From Lepidodermella squamata (Eukaryota > Animalia > Gastrotricha), in the NCBI GenBank assembly GCA_047495785.1, contig JBLDXI010000003.1:3720001-3784000 (forward strand): a stretch of DNA of 64,000 nucleotides. Reading direction: 5' to 3'. Below, one piece after another: positions 38,458 to 50,824 of the stretch (position 1 is its first letter; each line of letters begins with the position of its first letter). The position numbers were made by a program, and so were the translations under genes. The notes beneath the pieces are model-generated. The model did no database searches and was not told where the DNA came from. It saw nothing but the letters and a program-made list of their open reading frames with translations.

Positions 38458-39607
38458 TGAACGCGTTAAATCCGTTTGTTTTTATCTATCACCGTTAAGG
38501 CTTAAGGCTGTACAAAAACGGGCTGAAATCGCCAAGCTGATTTCAGGCGATTCTTCGAGCACCCTAATTTCTGTGTCAGGTGCCTTCAGCGTTGGAATTT
38601 TAGATTATAAATTACTCCCATGAATGTTCCTAAGATTCTCCCTCACTTATTTCACCGAAAAAAATCAGTTTAAAAAAGATTTAGAGTCTCAGCATTCAGA
38701 TCTGAATTCAGTTTTTCACGTTTTTCCTCGCGACAGTTTTTGCAGCACAAAAGTCACGCACTCCGCCTGTATTTACGCAGAGGTCGCATTTTTTGTTGGA
38801 TCAAAAACTAATCGCAGAATCCTATGAAATTTCAAGTTGAAAAAAATCGAAATTTCAATGTCAGGTTGACTATTTTAAAATTGCTTGTATATGTCCTGGC
38901 CATGCAAGATAACGGTGCCCAGGTCTCAAAACCTTGTAGCCAACATCGAAAAGCAATATTCCTCAAAAGGGCGATCAAGAATTCATGAAATTGAATTTTC
39001 TGCGAATTTTTAAAGTCGAAATTCCGAAATCGTCCTTTCCGCCGTGAAAGGGTTAAGGAGCCTTTTAAATTGCTAAATCTCGAGGAAAGCTGCAAAACAA
39101 ATCAGTAACAGTATATAAGTTAACGAGAAGGGAAAAGATATCACAAACAGATCAGAAGACATGCCACTTGTACCTCTAATGTACCACGTGATTGTCATCC
39201 GGTTGGCTGAGAAAGTCAGAGAATTCTTTCCCTGGAAATATTTCATTAAAAAGGCGCACTAAAGGAATTTCAATTATTTCTGGGTAATCTGTGGTGAGGA
39301 ATCTAGAATCCGCAAGAAAACCTGGCTAAGAATATGGCATAACTCAATTATCGTTCTTTTTCAAACCAACAGCTTTTTGTGATCTGCTAGACAATAATGG
39401 GGTGATACTTAAAGCAGATAATCGTGAAACAATTCAATTTCTGTTTTTAATGGGCAAATGGGCTTTTTTATTGTCCACCTTCCTCACTCAACGTGACATA
39501 AACAAGAGTAAGTCCGACTTTCTCAACGAGGCTAACGATATCATCAATAGGCAAATCGCATCTCATTGAGAAGCATCACGATACACATCACAAATGAGCG
39601 CTGTCTT

Positions 39608-41045
39608 TCATGACCTGTTATTGTTAGATGAAGTGATTCTCAATTTCGACAAATGGTCTCTCGGATATAAGTCCGTTATCTCGTAGATGAACATTTTCCG
39701 TATCGTCCCAGCAGGAAAGACCTTAAGACGTAGGGCTGTCAATTCAAGAACTGCTGCATCGTTCTGCAGCAAAGAGGAGAATTCGTGGTAAAAAGCGCCC
39801 AGCGCGATTAGGCGCCTCAAACCAGCCTCTGTAAATGCTTCCACTATATGCGTCATTAATTCGAGCCGCACTTTGAACTCCTCGGAGTCACGGACTATGC
39901 CCTCCCTCAAGCAGTAGGCTTTGTACAGAGCTGTCACGTTATGAGCTGTTTCCAACAAGGCCATACTGCTGTGTTGCCTCCATTTCCCCACTGAAGAAAA
40001 TACGCAGAAAATGCCGAACAGATAAACCACAAAAATAGAAAAACTAACCGTTGTAAAAGAAAATGAACGTTAGAAGGAAAGAAAATTCGACTCTGTTAGG
40101 GTTCCAGGTATTCAGCACCTCCCGCAAGAAACGTCTCTCTGGTAACATGTACTAAATAATTGTCGCAGAAGGGGATTATTGTAATCGAATGATGGACTTG
40201 AAATTACCGAATAACCAGGATAATGGTGAGTTAACACTTGGAAATTGTGTTCGTTCATGCAGTGAATAACGGAATCATTCGAATAGCAGAATTCTGCTGT
40301 TAATAGCGCGTTGAAGGAACACATGAATAGCTCTCTGCGAGTATCTGTGTCAGTCTCCAAGAAACCTAGAGGAGATTTTAGCTGAATTAGATAGCGTTTG
40401 CAATGGGAAACAAGAAGCAACCTGGAACAGATGACAGGAATTCCCAAGATAGTTGGTTTTGATGGACGAATTGGTTCTTCATGACTGTTTTCAACACCTG
40501 GTCTTTGGTTTGATCGTAGCTCAATAGGTTCTGCTTTCTAAGGGTCAGCTTAACATTGGGAAGACATAGTCGGATCTCATTTTTACCTTGACTTCAACAA
40601 CTTACCCTACTGAACGCTTCGAGCATTCGTTGAGCGGCAAGTGCGATGTTTCCAATTTGTCTTTCAGCTGCGACGAGATCTGTTTGAATTTCAGAGGATA
40701 ATTCTGCCTTAACCTTGCACTGAGACGTTTCTTGTGGACCGATCAACAAGGCAACACATTTCTCAAATCGGCAAGCTGAGCATGAAAACCGCCGCGTCTT
40801 TCCAGAGGCCATAATGATTGTCCGGTTTCGCGAAGCGTCCTCGCAGTTCCGCCCAGGTATCCCAGCCGTGCATTTCAAAAGGTGGCCTTGCGGCAACTGC
40901 CGGAAGTAGAATCGCATGCAAGCCTTACATACAGGATTATTGCTTTTAGTAATTGTCGGGACGGAGCACACCTAAAACATAATAACAAGGATAATTTGGA
41001 CCATTATAATTGAAGCTATACCTTGCATTTCGGTTTGGAAGTCAT
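39608..41045 (-). CDS. Divergent nuclear hormone receptor 3 (closest to copy 2)
   Basis: MTSKPKCK/VCSVPTITKSNNPVCKACMRFYFR..CSACRFEKC; same exon structure and LBD motifs as copy 2. Confidence 0.85.
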
Positions 41046-41299
41046 CGTTTGAAAATTCGAGGCGCCCAGGGCGACAACTTAGATCAAAACTATCTAAAAT
41101 AATTAAGATCAATATACTGACTCGATTAGCTAATATACTGCAGACATCGGTTGCGTTTATTGCGCTCTCAGGCTGCGAAATAAGAATATCAAGATCGCCA
41201 GACGTTCCATGGCCCTTGGCGCTGATAGTCTCAGACCTATCAGATTTCCAGACAAAATGAAAACATTTTTCACGCTCTGTTTCCATCTATGTCAGTTTT

Positions 41300-42671
41300 T
41301 TAATTGAAGATGTCCTGCAGTAATGTCGACGGAAAAAGTGTCAAGATCCGCATCCCCAGCCCCATAGTTTGCGGATTGCGCTTCATGGCTGTCGACGTAT
41401 GACGTATTAGCGCTTGGTTTGATTTCATGCGTCGATATCCAGCACTGGCAAAAGCCTCCACAATTTTGCCCAGTGTTTCCATTCGCATTTTGAAGCCATC
41501 CGTATCTTTCACCTTGCGTTCCCGCAAACAGTAAGCGTGATATACCTTCGTTAGCTGCTGATAGGCTTTCTCTGTTGAATGGCTATCAGATGGGCTCCAC
41601 TTCTCCTCTGCATCGTAATTAGAATAAACTAAAACAGTGTTATATCGGAAAACTTACTGTTGTAAAGATATAGAAATACGACTAGGAAGAAAAATTCGAC
41701 AGCGTCCGTGCCCCATGTATCCAAAACACATCGCAAGTGCTCTGTTTCTACGAGTATGTACTGCTTTTATAATTAAATAAATCTAGAGATAGATGACATT
41801 GAAAGCGAACCTGATGTTCAGGGAACAGCGGTATCACTGTCAGAAAATTTCTTTCAGTCATGCAGTTGTATACTCTCTCGCCGCTGTAGCAGTTTTCAAG
41901 AATTGAAATCGCGTAAAGACTAGTAATAAAAGGTTTCCACTCCCCGCTAGCACTGGGAGTTTTGAATCCTATAGCTGTGTTGTTGAATTTAAATCAAATA
42001 TTGGACGAAAATAAAATGAACTCCTCACCTGTAATCGCGGAAAAGAATTCAACAACCAGCGCGATTTGTGGGCTGAATTGATTACGTAATACCTCGATAA
42101 GAATGTCCCCAGAACACATATTTGGTGAAAATTCGACGTCTTTTCTAAGGAGTAGCTGAAAAATCCTATCTTTGGAACATTTCAAGGTGATGAAGCGGCT
42201 ACTTACGCTCTTGTAAGCTTGGATCATCTTCTCCGAGGCGGTAACGAATGAAGTCAATTGCTGTTCAACTCCTACAAGATCAGTTTGTAAATCCGGCGAT
42301 GGACCTGATGTGATACCCGCTCTTGCTTTGACGTATTTCAAGTTTTCCCGAGCGTAGTATTGCGACGACATTCCAACAGCAACACATTTGTCGAATCGAC
42401 AGGCCGCGCAGAAGAAACGGCATTTCCTGCCCCTTGCTGATAAAATGGACGTTTCGTCGAGGCAATGTCGACCGCGGCATTGCAACTTTCGACATTCGGG
42501 AAGCTGGCGAAGGTAAAATCTCCGGCAGGCTTCGCAGGATAATGCGTTATTTCGCAATTTCCCATCAGTTTCGACTCCGCAGATCTACAACGGTAAGATT
42601 CGCTTATACAATACGATAAGGTTATGTTAGGAAAAATCAACCTGACAGAAGTAGGTCTTAGCTGAATCCAT
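41300..42671 (-). CDS. Divergent nuclear hormone receptor 4
   Basis: MDSAKTYFCQ/ICGVETDGKLRNNALSCEACRRFYLR..CAACRFDKCVAVGM; LBD WGTDAVEFFFLVVFLYLY. Confidence 0.83.
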
Positions 42672-43055
42672 CAAATTCTAAAAGAGTAATTATTTTGAGT
42701 GAATAGCAACTGATTGTTAAATGAGTGAACGCTGATACACGAAATTTAAACCCCCTTTGATTGTTACTTGTCGGAATCATTTAAAATCAAGGGCAAGTTT
42801 AAACTGACGTTTTTCCCGGGTTAAAGACGATTCAGAAACGCTCAGAGATAAAAAGTCCAATATTAGACACAGACGCAACTTCTCTAATTTATTGTTATCA
42901 TTCAGCTATGATCTGAAACTTTGGCAGACTCCGTATCAATTATCGCTAGCAAAGATAATAGGTGTGGGTAAATTTTATCGTCACCTCGATTTGTCTAAAT
43001 CACTAAACAACATTTAATAAAAAAATGAACACTTTTAGCGTCAACTTCATTCAAA

Positions 43056-46000
43056 TCAATCCTTCTGATCGTCCTTCCACAGCTGTCTAACGCTCGGCCT
43101 CCGCGGAACCTCTAATTTCGCGTTGAGAGCATGCCATTTAGCGCTCGACCCAACCGATCTGAATTCATTCGATCGGCGACGTACGCGGAGAACTGATTCG
43201 GCGGGTTGGCATGAAGCCGCTTCTTCTTCCTCAGGGATGCATGGGACCGAGCTGCCCGCGTTGCCCGCGTTGCCCGCGCTGTCAAGCGACTGCATCATCC
43301 TCTTCGTAAGATCTTGTTGCTGCCCCAATTTTGTGTTGGCTGTTGCGATTTTACGAGATTGTTGCGTCAACTGTTCCAGAAGGTAGTTGGCCTCATTCTG
43401 GTCATCATTATCATTGTCAACTTGGAAATCTTCCGATTTGTTGCTCTGTTGGACGGAGCTGAACAGAGACTTCAGTTTCTGTAAAAACACACTTTTCTTA
43501 AGAAGTTTCTAATGCGAAGCATTGATTTACCTCGAGGAACTGATACTTGCTGCGGTTCGGATAGTGATTGAATTCTTCGAAAGAACTTATTCGGTCTTTT
43601 AGGAACTTTGGCAAAGCCCTCTCCAGGAAAATGAAATACTCGACCTGCATTGCGAGACCTTTAAGGCGGGCTGTTTTTCGAACTGAATCGATTCGGCCGA
43701 CCGAAAGACCGACTAACATGTTCATCAGAAGTCGCGAAATAAGCATTATGAAGGCGGTGAAGTAGATATAAGTCAGGACTCCGTATATCAACTCGCGAGT
43801 TCCTTAGAATGAGGTAATCAAGAGTTACAATATTTAGGAAAATAGGCGTTTCTCTTACCATCCAATGTTGGAGAAATGAGATTCACATAATTCGCCCTCC
43901 CAAGCATCATGCTCATAGTTGACATCAATGCGATAGGAATGGTCTTAAACTCCGTCGTTGGACCAGTCTTCGGTAAATCAATGTCATTTTAAGATCCATT
44001 TTAGGAAAGGTGATGGTTATACCTTTGTTTTGAACACAATCGAAAACGATAAAGCAAAGGCGACTATGATGAAGCTGAACACGGCTAGAAGTCGTATCAT
44101 AGTTTTGAAAATTTCAACGAACATGATTGTGTATATTCCAAACCAGTCGTATCTGCGTTCATGCTTATGCTTACAGTGATTAACAATGAATTTGAAACTT
44201 ATACCGTTGCATTTGCATGAAAAATACAATCCATCCAAGAAGCAAGGAAATCGCTGCGCAAATGATTTGCTGCCTCGGTGTTACTACGTCCACGGAGTAG
44301 AATGGCAACAGGGCAAGGTACGTCGTAATGAAGAGACTCCATTCGAGGTAATTCTAAAGAGGATAGACGTCAAATGGCTTGGTCAATCTCAGCCGCCAAA
44401 AACTTACATGGTAATCCAGGAAATACAACACTTTCTGTTGCCACATGGAGAACAGGTGGACCATTATATTGATTCCGGTGAATGAGGCAACCAAAATCAT
44501 TCTAATAAAAAATCCGAAGCCGACGTAATTCGCAGACTGGGTGAAAATTTTGTTAGCAGGAGAATCAAGGCTGTTCAAGATTATTTACCATCCCCTTCGG
44601 AAAATGTCCATCAAGACTGTACTGAGTCATGTTTGTGCTGTTCACAGAGCTATCGACAGCTTGCAGAACGGCATTTTCTACATCGAACACCAATGTAGTC
44701 AACAAAGCTAGGAAAATCACGTAGATCCCAACGCGACAGTTGTACACTTTGGCCCCAAAGGAATTCCTGCAAAAAAACGGAAATTGTGACGAAACGGTCT
44801 TCTCGAATTTAGATTTAAAGACCATTTTTCTCGGAGAAACGTAACGCAAAGTGGATGACTGAGGCATTCAGTTCTGCTGTACTTAACCATGGTCTGGAAA
44901 AAAGTCAGGCATTGAAGATTTCAAAACTTATAGTCGAATTTTACCGTCAACGGGAGAAGCGAAGATATTTGCTTCGATGATTCCATCAAATAAGTCGGAG
45001 TCTTTAGGTATCGAAAATTGTACCGCATGGAAAAATCTCTGTCGTTCTTATTCCCATCAGAATATGTCAGGCACTTGTCTAGAAACATGACTGCAACTTT
45101 TGGCAAGTATTGAATGAGGCCGACCAATGGAGTTCCAAAGGTGCTCACAGCTTCCATAGCCTCATCGCATCTGCTATGGTTGATAACGACAGATGCTGTA
45201 TCCGCTTGAAATTTCATGATTGCAAGGTCAAAAAACGAGGCGCCGGCGTTGTTTAATGTGATCTCCGCTCCAACCGTCATCAGATAATCAACAACAATAG
45301 GGTGTCCCTTGAGGGCTGCAAGGTGAAGAGGGGTTGAACCGTCTACATTGGCCGCATCCAGGAGATGAGGAGCGATACTTATCAGAATGACGACAGCTTC
45401 GTATTGACCGTTCTCAGCTGCGACATGTAGGGGGTAGTTTTGCCTGAAATCTTTTGTGATTAGGGCTCCTTTCCCGACTAGGAGGGATATAATCTTGTAC
45501 TGACCGTATTGACTAGCAACATGCAAGGGTGTTCTCCCGAGGTTATCAGGCTCATTCATTAGTAAAGACCCATGCTCACTCTGCAGAAGATTCAGGCAGG
45601 TTTTAAGCTTCCCAAACTGGGCAGCAAGATGAAGTGGGTTGTTCTTCTCATTATCTTTCACTGTGACCGTCGCCCCTAGCTGGATTAGTCCTCTAAGAGT
45701 GTTCAACATCCCAGCTTTCGATGCGTAATGCATCGGGGTGCAGCCTGCGTCATCTTTTTCGTTAAGCAACTGGGTCAAGTTCTTCAACGGGGTCAGATCA
45801 AACTCTTTAAGAGGAGCGGAGCTCAATATTAAGATGTGCAGGAAATTTCGATTATCCTTATCTTTGATTGCGGTATTTGCGCGACGCTTTATCAAAAAGT
45901 TGACCGAACGGCTCGCGTTTTTCGACGCGGCTAAGAGAAGCGGTGTTCGCCGCTCGCCGTCCTGGGCATTTATCGACGCGCCTTCATTAATCAGGTGCTC

Positions 46001-47845
46001 AACAACCTCGGCATGGTTCATCATAGCGGCCTTGTGCAGGGGCGTCTGCTCGAGAATGTCTCGGCTATGGATGCAGGTCTCGCGCCGCTCTGGCTGCGCC
46101 TCAAACATCAATTTTATCATCTCAAGACCACCCTGAGCCGCGGCGTAGTGAATCGCCGTCTGTCGATCATTCGGCTGTTGCGCGTGGATTTCTGCCCCAG
46201 CTTGAAGACACACTTTCACCGCTTTGACGTCTCCAGAGTTGACAGCTGCATGAAGTGGCATGTTTTCCTCGTTGTCAGTCATGTGAATCAAAGCATTGCG
46301 CGTCAGACCGCGTCGCTCGGCGAAGTCGAGCAGAACATCAATTACGTTGGCAGATCCGTTCCGTGTCGCCGAGTGAATTGGCAACAAACCCACCTCGTCA
46401 CGCCTCAGTAGATCGGCGCCTTCTTCGAGCTGAACATGAAAAATATAAGTCACAAATCCCTAAAATACCCCTAAGTTTCTTACCAAGAATCGTGCTATTT
46501 CGGGAAAATCTTTCGCTGACGCAATGTGGAGAGCTGTTGCCCCCAGATCACCCGGCAGATTAATATTCCATGAGTGTCGGCAAACCATCAGCTGTAATGG
46601 AACATTTAAAGAATTAGAATACTTCAGAACGTTGTACCACTATAATGAAGCATGACAAATTGCGCAAAAAGAGCAAAAAAAGAATATAATATCATGGGCA
46701 AGAGGATAAATAAGAAGCCCACCTTAAAATCTCCACATTAAAAACTTTTCAACTTTCAAACCTGTTAAGATTGAAAATCAGAAGAATGGTCTGTGTAGAT
46801 ATAAATGCTCTGCTCACCCGTTAGATACAGTTCAGGGTTAAGAGGCCAATAGAGGGAGTTTACTATTGTCCCGCATGAATAAGCCTTCCTTGCATAGATC
46901 TAACATGATAATGCAAGGTCAATGCATGGGAATGTATGGGAATGTATGATGGACCTGTGGTCAATGCACAGAGATGCATGGAGATGCATGGGCTTTTCGA
47001 TCATGCATTCCCAATGTTCAGCAAGACAATGTTCAAGTTTTATGCCTAGGATACACTCGGTAATCTGATTGGGTTTTCAAAAATTCGTTACAAGATTCTT
47101 CCTCATTTGGTGAATAAGGAGACAAAGGAAGACAGTTTAAGACTTCAGGCTTTTAGTGAAAGCTGGCTTCAAAAGTGTTAGCCCAGTCCTCAGCCCAGAC
47201 ACAAAGGAATATGTATAGATTAAAACTAACCTGAATCATCTCCAAGCGACCCATCTCAGCGGCGTAGTGGATTGGTGCGAAATTTTGCAAGTTCTTCAGG
47301 TTCAACTGAGCGTTATGATCCAGCAGCCACTCAACGGCCTGGAGTTGGCTCCTCTCGATTGCCCAGTGGAGTGGCGTGTTGCCCATTTTGTCTTGAACAT
47401 TCAACGGCACATTGCGAGCACACAGCCAGTCCAAAACGTTCACACTAGACCATGTGACAGCGTGATGAACAGCGTTCTGACCTCGGTAGTCGCATAATGT
47501 CAACCGGCTCGGATCATCCTGGACCAAACGAATAACCTCGTCGAGATTGCCTTGCGCCGCAAATTTCAGAATGTCATAGCGTGCCTCTTCAAAATCACAC
47601 TGAAATGTTTCGCGTTTCCTTTTCATCTGAGCTGAAACTCTTGGATGAACAGCGTGACGAGCATCACCTTTTGAAGTTGAATCATTTATCCAGGCACTGC
47701 TCCTTCGAGAAACTCGACGGTATAAGTCTTGGAAAATTCCTACTGGAGAGTTCTCCATTGTAACGTGAACTCTGCTATCCGAAAGGTTAATTTGTGTCAG
47801 TGAGGGACTGAACCGTTTTTCGTCAGCTTTCAGCCTATGAGTCAT
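43056..47845 (-). CDS. TRPA1: TRPA1-like channel, copy C (Arg-substituted pore)
   Basis: Start at 47845 or 47758; ankyrin array largely in one ~1.5-kb exon; transmembrane exons join in frame; filter MMLGRANY; S6 ISRLLMNMLVGLSVGRIDSVRK. Confidence 0.92.
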
Positions 47846-48131
47846 ACTGTAATTGATGATTGATGAATGCTGACAGTAACCTAATTGCTGCGACAATTAG
47901 ATAATTTGAAAAAGCGGGGGGTTTAGCCTTGTACATCAACCTGTTACAATAATTACTTAAACGAATTTGAAGGTATCAGGAACTTGCCAATTTAAATTTG
48001 AAGTTTGAAGCGAATGATACAACGAAATTTCTCGATTTTTATTAGAAAATGGTTTTAAAGGGTTCAACTACCTAAAAGCTATAAACATAAACACGGCGAT
48101 ATATATTGAATAAAAATGTAGACCAAGTTCA

Positions 48132-50824
48132 CTAAACTGGGTCTCTAACTGTAGATGCTGAACCTTTCCGGCGGCCATTTCGTATCAGATAAGCGACTTC
48201 AGCGTTCCGGTTATCAACAGCCACCTGAAGAGCGGTTCGTCCTTCGTTGTCCACTGCCGCGATATCGGCGCCGTAGTTCAGTAGTAGCCTAGCAATTGCA
48301 GTGTTGCCATTACGAGCGGCGATCATCAGCGGCGTCTCTTCTAGATAATTCCTTGAATTCGGCGTTGCTCCCTTTTCTAATAGCATCCGTGCGATTTCGA
48401 TGTAGCCACCCTGAACGGCCCACATCAAAGCATCTTTGCCATCTCCGTCCTTCATCGAAGTATCAGCTCGAAATCTCAGCAGCGCTTCTACTAGATTCGC
48501 GAACCCATTTTGAGTCGCGATTAATAACGCAGTAAGGCCGTAGTTATTTCGAACATTAGGATTCGCCCGAGCGTCAAGCAGGGTTTGAACCCCAGCCAGC
48601 GACCCTGATAAAGTGGCAAACATAATTGCTGTTGAACCAGCAAAATTCCTTAGCTCAACATCCGCTCCACATGTGATGAGATCTTTCATGTAAAGAGTTC
48701 TATTATTTTGCGCCGCCATCATAAGAGGCGCCCAATTTGACGGGGGGAATCGCGAGTTAGGATCGGCACCTGCTCGAAGCTCGGCGTAGAAAGTAATATC
48801 ATCGCCATTTCTAGCTGAATCAACCAATTCTCTTGATCGATATTTGTTGGGAGAGGTGCCGCATAGTCCTGGGGGTAATGTGGAGTAGCTTTGAGCTTGG
48901 AGCATTGCCTTTGGATTTCTGCCAGGTCCAAATTCTTCAGGCGACCTTCGAATCGCAACCAAAGAGTTTAGGGGAGTTCGAGTGCGTCGGCTACTTAAAG
49001 ACGTAGTGGCATTAGCTCGAGAAAGCGGTCGAGGAGTCGTTGTTGTAGTTGGCACTAAAATTAGACAGAAGCAGAGAATTACATGCAAAAAACCATATCA
49101 AAGGCCCTTTAATCAAGATAAATTTTGGCTATTCTAATGCTGTTACTCATTCAAGTTGAAGAGCCAATAAAGCTACTTCGCGCAATTAAACCTTAAAGCG
49201 GATTTGCGCAAATCAAAATTATTCATTCCACTGAACCAGCCACGCACAGCGAGGTCTAGAAAATCAGGAAAAATTGAAAAAATCGAAATTTCCAGATATC
49301 CTATGGTGGTAAAAATTTCTTAAATTTTACCCTTGATTTTCTGAAAATATGTGAAGGTTTGGGTAAATAATTTGGACACCAGGGCGTTAATTTTTGACAC
49401 CTCATTAGCATATGCACAGTTTTATTATGCATATGCGCAATAAGCTATTTTTTCATGAATCATTTCAGCGCATCAGAACTTTGTAATATTATTATTACTC
49501 GAATATTACACCTTTACCACCAAAACAAAATTCAGAAAATTATTTTTCGAGGGAATGTAGATTAGCGACGCGTGAATTTTTCAAAATTTCACGCAGGATT
49601 TCACGAGTTATTCTAATTTTTAACTTGGAGGTGAAGCCGTCGTAATACTCGATAGCCGCCTGGTTTTAGACTCATGAGCGCGGCTCGAAATTTAGTTAAA
49701 TAAATGTTGACTTCGCCCGCGCACGCTTTCCTTACAAGCTTTAAGCCTCGAATTCACAGTGACATGTTCAAGTGGGATTTATAGAAATGTGCACTTGTAA
49801 GACCCGTTGAATATAAGCCGTTGAAATCTAGCTCACCTTCTGGAACACATCGGCCAGGATCTGACCAGTAACCAGGTGGAGTGCAAGTTGATGATCTAGA
49901 CCCGCGAAGTTCGAAGCCCTTCCGGCAAATTACCACCAGGCTGGTACCGAATTGTGTGCAGGTAGACGGTAAAAAGTAGCCATTATCAATAGCGGGCGGC
50001 GACCCGCAGTTGAGCTGAAGATATTTAGCTGGAAGCAAAAAGATTAAATATCGAATATATTCCATTACAGGCACTAACTAGGGCTGCATTTCCCGTTCCA
50101 TTGCCACTGGAAGCTGGTCGCTGCTGTGCAGACAGCGAAATCAGCGCCTCGAACAGCGTAGCCCGGGCAACAAGTTACTGTCGCCGTATTCGGGCTCCAC
50201 GGGTTGATTTCAGCGAATCCATTTTGAATATCCAGGTCATACTCACAATTAACTTTAAATAATAATGCTTTTGAAGGCAAATTGAAAATAATTTCAAAAT
50301 AATTACACAAAGGCTGGCATATTCCGGGCTCACTCCATTGTCCAGTATCGTCACACAGGATGGTATCATTGCCGACTAAATTGAAGCCTTTATTGCAGAC
50401 CACGTTCCGCGATGGCTCGGTATCAGCCGACCCAGGCGGGCCAATATATGTGATATAGCCATTAGGAATTCTCGGCACTTGTCCACATTCCAGCCCTAAT
50501 TTTAATCCAGAATTAAAACAGGAAATAAGAATTTTTTGAATTTTTACTTCTAACGCATTTGCCGTAGCGAGACCATCCGGTTGAAATTGTACAGGTGATG
50601 AGAGAAGGCCCGACCAGGCGGTAATAATTGTTACATCTGACTTGCCAGGCCGTAAGCCATGGTTGACTAGTTAACAGCGCCGGGTAGCCGTTTTCGACCG
50701 GGGGCACTACTCGACAGCTATCGAACGACGTTAAAGCGGATGGCAACTTTTGCGTAGTTCGGCAAGAAACCAGCAGAAAGTAACTCGGAATCAGGCAGAA
50801 GGCTTTCCAACTAGCAAAACGCAT
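48132..50824 (-). CDS. Predicted secreted protein: signal peptide, 4 Sushi/CCP domains, Thr-rich linker, about 6 ankyrin repeats
   Basis: MRFASWKAFCLIPSYFLLVSC signal; four phase-1 exons each with C..P..NG..C..G(F/Y).L.G...C....W....C. The donor at 49836 and acceptor at 49055 join in phase (G/TG) to VPTTTTTPRP and the intronless ankyrin exon. Confidence 0.72.

Noticed and set aside
39030-39060. piggyBac-like end (aaaggg-ttaa); also TTAA-flanked segments at ~49190-49745 and ~59910-60197
   Set aside because: No matching opposite terminus or convincing TIR could be identified.
43890-43902. Filter Arg in TRPA-C as a frameshift or sequencing artefact (ggg agg gcg could hide GAG)
   Set aside because: The exon is in frame on both sides and matches the paralogues in length, and three more Arg substitutions occur in the next exon. 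A raw-read check is still advised.
45738-46411. Similar + strand ORFs here and at 55540-56093
   Set aside because: Antisense shadows of TRPA ankyrin exons; their similarity comes from the C/D conversion tract.
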